In this document: positions 8,613 to 18,393 of the stretch, piece after piece
How positions within the stretch are numbered: the stretch's first letter is position 1
How the letters are laid out: each line of letters begins with the position of its first letter
Origin: Acetobacteraceae bacterium
Lineage (GTDB): Bacteria; Pseudomonadota; Alphaproteobacteria; Acetobacterales; Acetobacteraceae
NCBI GenBank assembly: GCA_965199665.1
Contig: OZ241208.1
Coordinates: forward strand, 3,788,326-3,852,325
Reading direction: 5' to 3'
Length of the DNA: 64,000 nt
The notes under the pieces: generated by a model
Told to the model about the DNA's origin: nothing
The model's database searches: none
The model's input: the letters and a program-made list of their open reading frames with translations, nothing else
Position numbers and translations under genes: made by a program

Positions 8613-8986
8613 GCCGCCCCCTTGTCGGGCAGGCGCTGCAGCCTGCGGTCGGTCCAGCCGTACCGGGCGCCGCACACGGTGCAGAGCGCGTGGCAGCGGC
8701 GGACCACGCGCAGCCGCAGGCCGGGAAGGCGCCGATGCCTCTCCGCCAGCTCGACCGTCCAGGCTGCGTCGGCCGCGTTCAGCGCCGCTGTCCCGAGGAC
8801 CTGCCCGCAACCGCCGCACGGCGTCCGGCAGGCGGCGGCGCGCAGCCGACGGGCGTCGATGGCCCCGAACAGCGCGATCAGCGGCATCGACACCGGGAGG
8901 GTGAGCAGGACCAGCAGAACGCTCCCGACCGCGAGCGGGATCGCGACGGCGGCGGGCAACGGTCCTCGCCAGAGACCCATCCTCAC
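8609..8986 (-). CDS. Membrane-anchored protein with a Cys4 zinc-ribbon-like motif
   Basis: The N-terminal hydrophobic stretch is PLPAAVAIPLAVGSVLLVLLTLPVSMPLIALFGAI. It is followed by CRTPCGGCG…(38 aa)…CHALCTVCG. Its TAG stop overlaps the Sel1 gene's TAG as CTAG at 8609-8612 (convergent). The start is GTG 8986 or ATG 8980. Confidence 0.5.
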   Translation of the reverse strand: MRMGLWRGPLPAAVAIPLAVGSVLLVLLTLPVSMPLIALFGAIDARRLRAAACRTPCGGCGQVLGTAALNAADAAWTVELAERHRRLPGLRLRVVRRCHALCTVCGARYGWTDRRLQRLPDKGAA

Positions 8987-9126
8987 GCGGCCACCATCAT
9001 CGCGCGCAGCCGATCGATGAGCCGGAGAGCGATCGGAAGCGTCATGCGGCTCTCCTCATCGTGGGCGCCGCCCTCCCTATCACGCGGGGCCCATCGGTCC
9101 GGCGTATTTCGACGGGTGCTCGCCCC

Positions 9127-11151
9127 ATGAAGAGACTGGAGCGGTCGACCCTGCTCGCCGTCGTGCTGCTGCCGCTGCTGTTCTGCGGCCTGGGCGGGTG
9201 GCAGATCGTTCGCGGCGCGGCGACGGCGGCCGAGTACGCCGCCGCGGCGGGATCCGACGCCGAGGTCGCGTGGCTGCGGCAGGCCGCGGCCTGGCTGACG
9301 CTGGGGGCCGCCGGTGCGGTGGGCGTCGCGGGCCTGGCCGGGCTCCGGCTGGTGGACGCATCCGCCCGGCGGGGAATGCGGGATCGACCGACCTTGGTCG
9401 CAGCGTTCGGACGGGTCGGCCGCTTCCTGCCGGCCGCGCTGGCCGTGCAGGTCGTCGGCGCCGTGCTGGCGCTGGCGGCGGCGGTGACGTTCGAGGTCAG
9501 CGGGTTGTGGTTCGTGCCCGACCCGGATGGCCGCACGGTGCTGCTGGCATTTCTCGTCATCGTTTATGCCGGGCTGGCGCTGTGGGGCGGGATCGGCACG
9601 TTGCGCAACCTGCGCCGCGCGCTACGACTGTTCGAGCCGGTTCCGCTTCCGCTCTCGGCCGTCGCGCTCACGCCGGCGCAGGCGCCGGGCCTGTTCGCGC
9701 TGCTGGACGAGTTGGCGCGCGAGCGGGGCACCACGCCGCCGGAGACGGTGGCGGCCGGCGCGGAGGACGGCTTCTTCGTGACCGCGTTCCCCCGGGCCTT
9801 GGTGGGCGGCCCGGGTTCGCGACCGATCGTGACCCGCGGGCGCATCCTGCACTTGCCGATGCCCACGATGGCGACGCTGGACGCCGCCGAGTTGCGCACC
9901 GTCCTGGCGCACGAGCTGGCGCATTTCTCCGGCGAGGACACCGCCTATTCCACCCGGTTCGCGCCGCTCTTCGCCGGGTTGGGCCAGGGCGCGGCGGCGA
10001 TGTCGGTGCGCGACCGCGCCTTTTGGGGCAGCACGCGGTTCGACCGGGTGGTCGAGCGGGCGGTGCACCCGCAAACGGCGCTGGCGGTACACGCGCTCGA
10101 CCGGTTCAGCCAAGTGGTCGCGCATTGGAGCCGCCTGCGCGAGCTGGAGGCGGACCGGGCCGCCATTGCCGCCGGGTCGCCCGAGGCGCTCGCCAGCTCG
10201 CTGCTGCGGGTCGGGCTGGCATCGGAGATTGCCCGGGCCGAGCGGGCCGCCCTGGCCGCCCAGCCGGACGATGCCCCGCCCGACCTCGCAGCCGCCACCG
10301 TGGCCCGCATGGCCGCCGCCGGCGACCCGGCCGTGCATCTCGGCGACCACATGCCGCACCCGACCGACAGTCACCCGCCCACCTGGCAGCGGATCGACGC
10401 CGCCGGCGTGGCGGTGGACGCCTCGCTGATGGCGCGCGCGGCCCGACCGGTGGACCCGGCCGATCTCGCCGCCGTGCAGGCCCTGTTCCTTGATTGGGAC
10501 GCCGTGTCGGGCGAGATCACCGGCCACCTGCGGGATGAGGCGCGCCGCTGGCACGAGGCGCACCGGGCCGGGTTGCGGGAGGCGGCGGGCGCGGGCGTCG
10601 GGCGGGGCGAGACGGCGCTCTATGCCGCCGCGCTGCGCCCCGCCATCGCCCTGATGCTGCTGGGCGTATTCTGCGCGGCCGTGGCGGCCACCTGCGTGGG
10701 GGCGGCGCTGTACGGCGGTGCGCAGGACCGGGAGGCGTGGCGGCTGTTGTTCGGCATCGCGGCGGCCGGCGTCGTCGGGCTGGGCTTCGTGGCGCTGTGG
10801 AGCGTCCGGCTCTCCCGTGGGCGCGCGCAGCCCTACCTGGTGCTGGACGAGGACGGGTTCCGCTCGCCGGGCCTGGCAGCGGCGGTGCGCTGGCTGGACG
10901 TGCAGACCGTCGCCGTGTTCGCCGGGGCGTTCCCGACGACGCGGTTCGTGCTCCGGCCCGGCGTGGCGCTGCCGGGTCGGACCGGGCGGGTGCGGCGGCT
11001 GCAGCTCGACCGGAAGAAGCACGCCGTGCAGTTCGTCGGGATGCTGCCGCAGGGGATGGGTGCGGCGGCGCTGCAGGCGCTGCTGCTGCGCCAGGCCCGG
11101 GCCGCCCATGCCCGGCAGGCGCTCGAGCCGTCCGGCGCGGCGCAGCCCTAG
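9127..11151 (+). CDS. M48-family zinc metalloprotease, multi-pass membrane protein with extra C-terminal TM pair and soluble tail
   Basis: HEXXH is present (VLAHELAHFSGED), followed by the downstream RELEADRAA segment typical of M48/HtpX-like peptidases. There are N-terminal TMs and two further TMs (AIALMLLGVFCAAVAATCVGAAL, LLFGIAAAGVVGLGFVALW). ATG 9127 (MKRLERSTLLAVVLLPLL) is preferred over the ORF-track start at 9061. Confidence 0.8.
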   Translation: MKRLERSTLLAVVLLPLLFCGLGGWQIVRGAATAAEYAAAAGSDAEVAWLRQAAAWLTLGAAGAVGVAGLAGLRLVDASARRGMRDRPTLVAAFGRVGRFLPAALAVQVVGAVLALAAAVTFEVSGLWFVPDPDGRTVLLAFLVIVYAGLALWGGIGTLRNLRRALRLFEPVPLPLSAVALTPAQAPGLFALLDELARERGTTPPETVAAGAEDGFFVTAFPRALVGGPGSRPIVTRGRILHLPMPTMATLDAAELRTVLAHELAHFSGEDTAYSTRFAPLFAGLGQGAAAMSVRDRAFWGSTRFDRVVERAVHPQTALAVHALDRFSQVVAHWSRLRELEADRAAIAAGSPEALASSLLRVGLASEIARAERAALAAQPDDAPPDLAAATVARMAAAGDPAVHLGDHMPHPTDSHPPTWQRIDAAGVAVDASLMARAARPVDPADLAAVQALFLDWDAVSGEITGHLRDEARRWHEAHRAGLREAAGAGVGRGETALYAAALRPAIALMLLGVFCAAVAATCVGAALYGGAQDREAWRLLFGIAAAGVVGLGFVALWSVRLSRGRAQPYLVLDEDGFRSPGLAAAVRWLDVQTVAVFAGAFPTTRFVLRPGVALPGRTGRVRRLQLDRKKHAVQFVGMLPQGMGAAALQALLLRQARAAHARQALEPSGAAQP

Positions 11152-11402
11152 CGCCGCTTCAGGGCCAGGAAAGGGAGAGCAGAAAATCCCAGACCCGCCG
11201 CCACCGCGACCTCGGTTCGTCGACGGCCCCCGACGGTTCCGGTTCCGAGGGCTGCGGCGGTGGCGCACCGTCGCGCATCTCCGTGGTGGGAATGGGTATC
11301 GGCGGGCGATGGTCGGCGGGAGGCGCGGCTCGCATGTCGGTCGAAGCATGGAGGCAGGCCGTCCCGTGTGGCTAGATGCGACACGGCGAGAGAGGATCGA
11401 GC

Positions 11403-12110
11403 ATGGGTAGGGTTCAGCTGTTCGCCGTCATGGCCCTGGTCGCCGCGTCCGTCCCGGGGGCGGCGCAGGCCGGATGCGACTGGACCGATCTGGTCCGCGA
11501 CGAGGCCGGCGCGGCCGTCGTGCGGCCCACGGGCGCGCGGGTGTATTTCGTCCGGGACGACGTGCTGCGCAAAGGCTGCCCGAACGGCAGCGCCGCGTGC
11601 CGGAGGCCGGCCTACCTCATGGCCGGCGACCCCGTGCTGACCGGCCCGGTCCAGGGCCGCTACGTCTGCGCCGGGTTCCAGGGCGCCAAAGGAGCGCAGA
11701 CCATCGGCTGGCTGCCCGCCGAGGCGGTGGTGGCGCTGCCGGATGCCGAGCAGCGGCCATCCGATTGGGCGGGCGACTGGATCGCTCCGGAGCAGGAGCT
11801 GGTGATCACGGAAGCGGCGGCCGGCGCGCTCGCGGTCAAGGGAGACGCCACCTGGGGCATGGGCGATCCGCAACGCCGGCTCAACGGCGGCATCCATACC
11901 GGCGAGGTCGCCGGCACGACCCGGCCGGTGAACGGCGTGCTGGCATTCTCGATGGGCGCGGACAACTCGACGCAGCCCTACGAGGCGGGCGACGAGTTCA
12001 GCTGCCGGATCCGGATGCTGCGCCGGGGCCCCTATCTCGTCGCTCGTGACAACAACGGGTGCGGCGGCGTCAATGTCAGCTTCTCCGGCTTTTACCGACG
12101 CAAAAGCTGA
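11403..12110 (+). CDS. Exported hypothetical protein
   Basis: GAGAGGA precedes ATG 11403. The signal is MGRVQLFAVMALVAASVPGAAQA-GC. The mature part is Cys-containing with balanced composition. The antisense 385-aa ORF is Arg/Gly/His-rich. Confidence 0.6.
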   Translation: MGRVQLFAVMALVAASVPGAAQAGCDWTDLVRDEAGAAVVRPTGARVYFVRDDVLRKGCPNGSAACRRPAYLMAGDPVLTGPVQGRYVCAGFQGAKGAQTIGWLPAEAVVALPDAEQRPSDWAGDWIAPEQELVITEAAAGALAVKGDATWGMGDPQRRLNGGIHTGEVAGTTRPVNGVLAFSMGADNSTQPYEAGDEFSCRIRMLRRGPYLVARDNNGCGGVNVSFSGFYRRKS

Positions 12111-12226
12111 GCCGGTGCTGTGGCCAGCCTCGCCCTCGGTCGCTACGACTCCGCTTTCATGCCAGACCGGCTCCGCGCCCGACTCGGGGTCGGCGGATGG
12201 TCGCGACGAATGATGGGAGCCGAGAG

Positions 12227-13174
12227 ATGACCCAACGGGTGAGAAACCTGGTGCTGACGGCCGCCGCGCTGCTCGCGACCGCGGGCGCCGCACAGGCGGG
12301 GCCAACCGGCGGCAATGCCTACTTCTTCGGGGATAGCCTCACCGATTGCTGCACCTACGGGCGCACCACCTATGGCCCGAACTGGGCCGACCTGCTCGCC
12401 CCGCAGATCGGCGCGAGCTACACGCCGACCTCCCAGAGCAACTACGCCGTCGGCGGCGCGCAATCGGGCAGCGCGCTCCCCGCCGATTTCCTGTCGCAGG
12501 TCGGCCGCTTCACGACGTCCAACACCACCATCCGGCCGAACGACGTCGCCGGCATCTGGATCGGCACCAACGATCTGTGGCAGTCGACCTACTCGATCAA
12601 CGATACCTACAACGGCAGCACGGTCGTCGGCCCCATCGGCCGCGTGCCCAGCGTCGCGGCGCTGACGAGCTACGTCATCGGCAACATCCAGTCCGGCATC
12701 GAGCAGCTCAAGGCGGCCGGGTTCGAAAACGTCGTGCTGCTCTCGACATTCGATCTCGGCCAGTCCGGGGTGGAGCCGAACGCGACCGCCGCCGCCCTGG
12801 CGACGCAATACTCGACCGCGCTGACCGAAGCCGAGCGCAGCCTCACCACCCCCGGCGTCAACACCTACTTCGTCGACGTGCAGAGCCTGCTCCAGCGCGT
12901 GCAGGCCGACCCGGGCGCCTACGGCTTCGCGCACGTCACCAGCCTCGACAATTGCGCGGCCAGCAACTGCGCCGCCCAGTCCGCTGCCGGGGCGGACACG
13001 TTCGTGTTCCAGGACGCCCTGCACGTGACCACGGCCTTCGACCGGCTAGTGGCCAGCGACGCGGCCGCCGTCGTCAATGCGAGCGGGACGGCGGTGCCGG
13101 AGCCCGCATCGGTCGCGCTGCTGCTCGCCGGGCTCGCCGGGGCGGGCGTCGCCCGACGCAAGCGCCCGCGATAG
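12227..13174 (+). CDS. SGNH/GDSL-family lipase/esterase with C-terminal PEP-CTERM sorting signal
   Basis: The signal peptide is MTQRVRNLVLTAAALLATAGAAQA. Block I is FFGDSLTD, and the catalytic-end block is DALHVT (Asp-x-x-His). The C-terminus VPEPASVALLLAGLAGAGVARRKRPR shows the PEP motif, a TM and a basic tail. Confidence 0.8.
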   Translation: MTQRVRNLVLTAAALLATAGAAQAGPTGGNAYFFGDSLTDCCTYGRTTYGPNWADLLAPQIGASYTPTSQSNYAVGGAQSGSALPADFLSQVGRFTTSNTTIRPNDVAGIWIGTNDLWQSTYSINDTYNGSTVVGPIGRVPSVAALTSYVIGNIQSGIEQLKAAGFENVVLLSTFDLGQSGVEPNATAAALATQYSTALTEAERSLTTPGVNTYFVDVQSLLQRVQADPGAYGFAHVTSLDNCAASNCAAQSAAGADTFVFQDALHVTTAFDRLVASDAAAVVNASGTAVPEPASVALLLAGLAGAGVARRKRPR

Positions 13175-13198
13175 CGCGCCCGACCCGGCCACCCGGCC

Positions 13199-14794
13199 TC
13201 AGACGGGGCGCACGTTCCAGAACGTCGCAAAGCCGTCGTTGAGTCCGGTGATCATGTCGGAGCGGTAGGCGGTCGGCTGCAGAAAGGCGCCGATCGGGTA
13301 ATACGGCACGTCCTGGAACGCCTGTTGCTGGATCTCGCGGCAGATCGCCCGTTGCGCGGCGAGGTCCGGGGCGGCGAACCATTGCGTGCGCAGCGCCTCG
13401 ATCGCCGGCGAGCGCGGCCAGCCCGGCGCCGCTGCCTCCCCGTTGCTGCGCAGGGAGATGTGGACGGCCGGGTTGAGCCAGTCGAGGCCTACCCAATTCG
13501 TGACATAGGCGCTCCAGCCGCCGGCCGCGACCGGGTCCTTGCGGGTGCGCCGCGACAGCATGGCGTTGAACTCGACCGCGTAGGGCTCCACCGTCATGCC
13601 GCAGCGGCGGAACAGGTCGGTGGCGACCTCGCCGAGGGCGGACAGCGTGGCCGAGGTGGAGGGGATCAGCAGCGCCACGGGTTCGCCCTTGTAGCCGGCC
13701 TCCCGCAGCGCGTCCCGCGCGCGATCGGTGCTGCGCGGCGAGGTCAGCGCATCCAGCCCGGCATCGGACGCCATGGGCGTGCCGGGGCCGAAGAAGCCGA
13801 GCGGGTTTCGCAGCAACGACGCTTCGTCGACGCCGACGACCGCCTGCATGAAGGCGTCCTGGTCGATGGCGGACCACAGGGCGCGACGGATGGCCGGGTT
13901 GTCGAAGGGTGGCTGCAGCTCGTTCAGCCGGATCATGTTGACGAAGCCGGTCTGATCCTTGGTCGCCACCATCACGTTCTTGGCCCGGCGCAGGGTCGGG
14001 AGCTGGTCGGCATAGGCGTATTCCTGCCAGGCCGCCTCGCCGTTCACGGTCGCATTGCTGGTGGTGGCGGGGTCGGGGATGTAGGCCCATTCCACCCGGT
14101 CGAAATGGACCCGCTTGGGCCCGGCGGTCCAGCCGCCCGGCGTGTCGTCCGGCCGCGGCACGTAGCCTTCGAACTTGCGATACACGTTGAGCGAGCCCGG
14201 CACGCGCTCGTCGGCGGCGTAGCGGAACGGGCCGCTGCCGACCATCTCGCTGAGCGCGGTGAAGGGGTCGGTGCTGGCCAGGCGCTCCGGCATCATGGCG
14301 CAAACCGGGACGCCGGCCTTGCCGAGCGCGAGCGGCAGCAGCGGGAACGGAGCCTTGAGGCGAAAGCGGATGGTGCGGTCGTCGGGCGCGGCCAGCTCGT
14401 CGGTGGCGTCCATCAACGTGCCGCCGAACGGGTCGCGCTTGGCCCAGCGGCGGATGCTGGCGACGCAATCGCGGGCGAGCACCGGGCTGCCGTCGTGGAA
14501 GCGCAGGCCCTCGCGGAGCGTCAGCGTCCAGCGCTTGCCGTCATCGTCGATGGCCTGGCCCGCAAGCATCTGCAGCTGCGGCTGGAACGAGCCGTCCATG
14601 CCGTACAGCGTATCGAAGACCATGTAGCCGTGATTGCGACTCATGTAGGCGGTGGTCGCGACGGGATCGAGCACGACGAGATCCTGCTGCGGGGAGAAGC
14701 GCAGCGTGGTGCGCCCGGCGGCACGCACGATCGCGGGCGCGGCGGCCACCGCGGCGGTGGTGCCGATCAGGGCGCGGCGGGTCAGGGTCGGCAT
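13199..14794 (-). CDS. ABC transporter substrate-binding protein, family 5 (peptide/nickel type), Tat signal
   Basis: GGAGG precedes ATG (complement 14792-14794). The signal is MPTLTRRALIGTTAAVAAAPAIVRA. The body is a family-5 SBP and a close paralog of 57023-58612. No permease or ATPase gene is adjacent. Confidence 0.85.
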   Translation of the reverse strand: MPTLTRRALIGTTAAVAAAPAIVRAAGRTTLRFSPQQDLVVLDPVATTAYMSRNHGYMVFDTLYGMDGSFQPQLQMLAGQAIDDDGKRWTLTLREGLRFHDGSPVLARDCVASIRRWAKRDPFGGTLMDATDELAAPDDRTIRFRLKAPFPLLPLALGKAGVPVCAMMPERLASTDPFTALSEMVGSGPFRYAADERVPGSLNVYRKFEGYVPRPDDTPGGWTAGPKRVHFDRVEWAYIPDPATTSNATVNGEAAWQEYAYADQLPTLRRAKNVMVATKDQTGFVNMIRLNELQPPFDNPAIRRALWSAIDQDAFMQAVVGVDEASLLRNPLGFFGPGTPMASDAGLDALTSPRSTDRARDALREAGYKGEPVALLIPSTSATLSALGEVATDLFRRCGMTVEPYAVEFNAMLSRRTRKDPVAAGGWSAYVTNWVGLDWLNPAVHISLRSNGEAAAPGWPRSPAIEALRTQWFAAPDLAAQRAICREIQQQAFQDVPYYPIGAFLQPTAYRSDMITGLNDGFATFWNVRPV

Positions 14795-14915
14795 GGCGAA
14801 ATCCTCCGGAACGGCACGCCGTGACAAGCAAATTACGCGCCAGCCCGTTACGGCCCGGCATTGAGCCGGCGGGGCCGAGGCGATACGGTTCCGCTCCATT
14901 GCGAGGGAGCCGCCG

Positions 14916-16346
14916 GTGCGTCGGATGATCAAGGCAGGCCATGTGATCGCGTTTCAGGCGGGCGGGCATCGCCACCTGCGGAACGGGGTCGTGGTCTGGG
15001 AAGGCGACACGATCGTCCACGTCGGCCCGTCATTCGACGGGACGGTGGACGAGGTGATCGACGCGCCGGACAAGGTCGTGACGCCGGGCTTCATCAACAC
15101 GCACGTGCACATGACGGAGTCGCCGCTCGACAAGAGCTTCGTCGAGGATCGCGGGCCGCGGAACTTCTACCTGTCCGGGCTTTTCGAATTCCTCACCGCG
15201 CGCAACGTCTCCATCACGCCCGCCATGCGGCGCGCCTGCGTCGCCTACTCGGTGCCGGAGCTGATCCGTACCGGGACTACCACGGTGATGGAGATCGGCG
15301 GCAGCGGCGAGGACGTGGTCGAACTGGCGGGCCAGGCCGGGCTGCGCACCTATGTGGGCCAGGGCTACCGCTCCGGCCGGTGGCTCACCGATGACGGGCG
15401 CACGGTGAAATACGAGTGGTCCGACGATGACGGGCGCGGCGCCATGGACGCCGCCGTGCGCTTCGTGGAGCGGCATGACGGGGCGCTGAACGGGCGCATC
15501 AAGGGGTTCCTGACGCCCATGCAGGTCGATACCTGCTCGGAGGCCCTGCTGCGGCGCACCCAGGCGGTCGCGGCGGAGATGAAGCTGCCCGTGGCGCTGC
15601 ACACGTCGCAATCGGTGCCCGAGTTCCAGGAGATGACCCGGCGCCACGGCCGCACCCCGATCGAGTGGCTGGGCGATATCGGCTTTCTCCAGCCCAACGT
15701 GATCCTGGGCCACGCCATCATGCCGGGCGGCACGTCGTGGACGAACTACCACGCCGACGACATCGGCCTGCTGGCCGATACCGGCGCCAACGTGGCGCAC
15801 GCCGTCTGGGTGTTCGCCCGGCGCGGCATCGCGATGGAGAGCTTCGCCCGCTACCTCGAGCGCGGCGTCAACATGACGCTGGCGACCGACACCTGCCCGC
15901 AGAGCATGATTGAGGCCCTGCGCTGGACGGCGGTGGCCAGCAAGATCGTGGACCGACGCACGGAGGTGGCGACCGCCGCCGACGTGTTCAATGCGGCGAC
16001 GCTGGCCGGGGCGAAGGCGCTGGGGCGCGACGATATCGGCCGGGTCGCGGCGGGCGCCAAGGCGGACCTGCTGCTCTGGGAAGGGCGCAGCCTGTTCATG
16101 ACGCCGTTGCGCGATCCGATCCGCAACATCGTGTATTCCGCGCAGGCCGACGACCTGCACAGCTCCATGGTCGATGGCGAATGGATCATGCAGGACCGGG
16201 TCGTACCGGGGCAGGACATGGCGAGCCTTTCGGCAGCCGTGCAGGCGGCGGCGGAGACGATGTGGGCCGGCACCCCCAAGGGCGACTGGGCGGGGCGCAC
16301 GATCGACCAGCTATCGCCGGAGAGCTTTCCGCCCTTCGCCGCCTGA
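14916..16346 (+). CDS. Metal-dependent amidohydrolase (chlorohydrolase/deaminase-like)
   Basis: The PGFINTHVHM metal-binding signature is present, with the later HAI…G and D-containing blocks. The length (~476 aa) fits. GGGAG lies 6 nt upstream of GTG 14916. Confidence 0.8.
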   Translation: MRRMIKAGHVIAFQAGGHRHLRNGVVVWEGDTIVHVGPSFDGTVDEVIDAPDKVVTPGFINTHVHMTESPLDKSFVEDRGPRNFYLSGLFEFLTARNVSITPAMRRACVAYSVPELIRTGTTTVMEIGGSGEDVVELAGQAGLRTYVGQGYRSGRWLTDDGRTVKYEWSDDDGRGAMDAAVRFVERHDGALNGRIKGFLTPMQVDTCSEALLRRTQAVAAEMKLPVALHTSQSVPEFQEMTRRHGRTPIEWLGDIGFLQPNVILGHAIMPGGTSWTNYHADDIGLLADTGANVAHAVWVFARRGIAMESFARYLERGVNMTLATDTCPQSMIEALRWTAVASKIVDRRTEVATAADVFNAATLAGAKALGRDDIGRVAAGAKADLLLWEGRSLFMTPLRDPIRNIVYSAQADDLHSSMVDGEWIMQDRVVPGQDMASLSAAVQAAAETMWAGTPKGDWAGRTIDQLSPESFPPFAA

Positions 16347-16358
16347 GCGGCTGGCCGA

Positions 16359-17222
16359 TCACCGGTGCGGGCGCTCGTTGAACAGCGCCTGCAGCGCGCG
16401 GGTACCCACGACGGCAAGGTCCTCCGCCGCGGCAAGGCCGGCAAAGGCGCCGGTCTCGAACAGCGCGTATTCGGCGGTCCGCCACGGGGCATGGAGCGGC
16501 GACATGGCGGCGAAGTCGCCGGGGGCGGTGCAGTGCAGGGCGAGGTGGGTCAGCCCCGGCGGCAGGGCGCGGAGCTGCTCGGCCCATCGCGCCGGCAGCT
16601 CGGCGGCGTCCACGGCGAGGGTGCCGCGGCAGTGATCCACCACGGGCGCCCCGGCCGCGTCCAGCCCGGCGACCGCCTGCCGATAAGCCTGCGGCTCCGG
16701 CGCCCAGGTGATGGAGCGGGGCAGCACGGGGAACAACCCGTACTCCCGGCCCAGCCGCACGTGGGCATCCAGCAATTCCGGCAGCATGGCGCCGGCCATG
16801 TGGGCGTCGAGGTGGGTGGGACGCAGACCCGACCCGATCGCTCGCTCGATCTGCGCCCGCAACTCGGCCTCCGCCGCCTCCGGCACGAGGTGGCGGCGCA
16901 GGCTCGCCACGTCACGCCAGAAATAGCCGTCGCCGTCGATGAGGCCGGAGGCTGGGCTGACGCTGGAGAGCGGCGCCCAGCGGCACGCGTCCCACTCGCT
17001 CGTCAGGGTGAGGTGGACCCCGACGTCGAGCGTGTCGTCGGCGGCGGCCGCCTCCGCGATCTCGCGGAACCACGGGCCCGGCACCATGGCCGAGCCGCAC
17101 GTGACCCGGCCCGCCCGCGCGAGTTGGAGAAAGGCCTGGTTGGCGCCGTGGCTCGCGCCGAGGTCGTCGACATGGGGGATGATGGCCCGGGTCGCGGTCA
17201 GGCCGAGGTCGCGGAGGATCAT
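16359..17222 (-). CDS. YdjC/ChbG-family carbohydrate deacetylase-like protein
   Basis: The N-terminal HVDDLGASHGANQAF motif and the later THLDAHM motif are characteristic of YdjC. Confidence 0.75.
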   Translation of the reverse strand: MILRDLGLTATRAIIPHVDDLGASHGANQAFLQLARAGRVTCGSAMVPGPWFREIAEAAAADDTLDVGVHLTLTSEWDACRWAPLSSVSPASGLIDGDGYFWRDVASLRRHLVPEAAEAELRAQIERAIGSGLRPTHLDAHMAGAMLPELLDAHVRLGREYGLFPVLPRSITWAPEPQAYRQAVAGLDAAGAPVVDHCRGTLAVDAAELPARWAEQLRALPPGLTHLALHCTAPGDFAAMSPLHAPWRTAEYALFETGAFAGLAAAEDLAVVGTRALQALFNERPHR

Positions 17223-17349
17223 GCCGCATCCTGCCGGTCCCGATCGCCGACCGAAAGGACTTGACCCCTCGGAGGTCGCCCGTGCCAGTGTCCGCCCCGA
17301 ACGCGGCGGGGCCGATGCCCCGCGGCGACCGACTTGTGGGAGTACCGCC

Positions 17350-18393
17350 TTGGATCACAATCGTCTCGGCCATTCGGGGCTGCGCGTGCCGGCCCTGTCG
17401 TTCGGCACCGCGACCTTTGGCGGCGGCAACGACTTCTTCCGGGCGTGGGGCTCGACCGATGCCGGCGGCGCGTCACGCCTGGTGGATGTCTGCCTCGAGC
17501 ACGGGGTGAGCCTGTTCGACACCGCCGACGTTTATTCGACCGGGATGGCGGAACAGATCCTCGGCGAAGCGATCCGCGGCAAGCGCAACCGCCTGCTGAT
17601 CTCGACCAAGACCACGTTCCCGTTGGGCGACGGGCCCAACCAGTTCGGCTCCTCGCGCCAGCATCTGATCGAGGCGGTGGACGCGTCCTTGCAGCGGCTC
17701 GGCATCGACCACATCGACCTGCTGCAGCTGCACGGGCAGGACTACAACACGCCGGTGGAGGAGACGCTGGCGACGCTGGACGGGCTCGTCCGCGCCGGCA
17801 AGCTGCGCTACGTCGGCTGCTCCAACTTCTCCGGCTGGCACCTGATGAAGTCGCTCGCGGTGTCGGAGCGGCATGGCTGGGCCCGCTACGTCGCGCATCA
17901 GGCCTATTACTCGCTGCTGAACCGCGACTACGAGTGGGAGCTGATGCCGCTCGGCCTCGACCAGGGCGTCGGCGCGGTGATCTGGAGCCCGCTCGGCTGG
18001 GGCAAGCTCACCGGCAAGATCCGGCGCGACCGGCCGGCGCAGCCCGGCAGCCGGGCGCACGACATCGCCGGCACCGGCCCGTCCTACGAGGAAGAGCGGC
18101 TGTTCCGCATCGTGGACGCGCTGGACGCGGTGGCGGCCGAGACGGGGAAGACCATTCCCCAGATCGCGCTCAACTGGCTGCTGCGGCGGCCCACGGTGGC
18201 GACCGTCATCATCGGGGCGCGCAACGAGGCGCAACTGGTGGAGAATATCGGCGCGGTCGGCTGGCAGCTCACGCCCGGCCAGGTCGCGGCGCTGGACGCG
18301 GCGAGCGACGTCAGCCCCGCCTACCCGGTCTGGCACCAGCGCGCCTTCCCGATGCTCAACGAGCGCGCCGACCCGCCCTACCCGCCCGTCTGA
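17350..18393 (+). CDS. Aldo/keto reductase
   Basis: GGGAG lies 7 nt before TTG 17350. Translation: LDHNRLGHSGLRVPALSFGTATFGG…FDTADVYSTGMAEQILGEAI…IDLLQLHG…GCSNF…SPLGWGKLTGK…ALNWLL…VIIGAR. The upstream part of the 484-aa ORF is antisense to ydjC. Confidence 0.85.
   Translation: MDHNRLGHSGLRVPALSFGTATFGGGNDFFRAWGSTDAGGASRLVDVCLEHGVSLFDTADVYSTGMAEQILGEAIRGKRNRLLISTKTTFPLGDGPNQFGSSRQHLIEAVDASLQRLGIDHIDLLQLHGQDYNTPVEETLATLDGLVRAGKLRYVGCSNFSGWHLMKSLAVSERHGWARYVAHQAYYSLLNRDYEWELMPLGLDQGVGAVIWSPLGWGKLTGKIRRDRPAQPGSRAHDIAGTGPSYEEERLFRIVDALDAVAAETGKTIPQIALNWLLRRPTVATVIIGARNEAQLVENIGAVGWQLTPGQVAALDAASDVSPAYPVWHQRAFPMLNERADPPYPPV

Noticed and set aside
11148-12305. 385-aa minus-strand ORF
   Set aside because: It is antisense to the signal-peptide-bearing 11403-12110 gene and to the start of the GDSL gene. 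Its composition is biased towards Arg/Gly/Pro/His.
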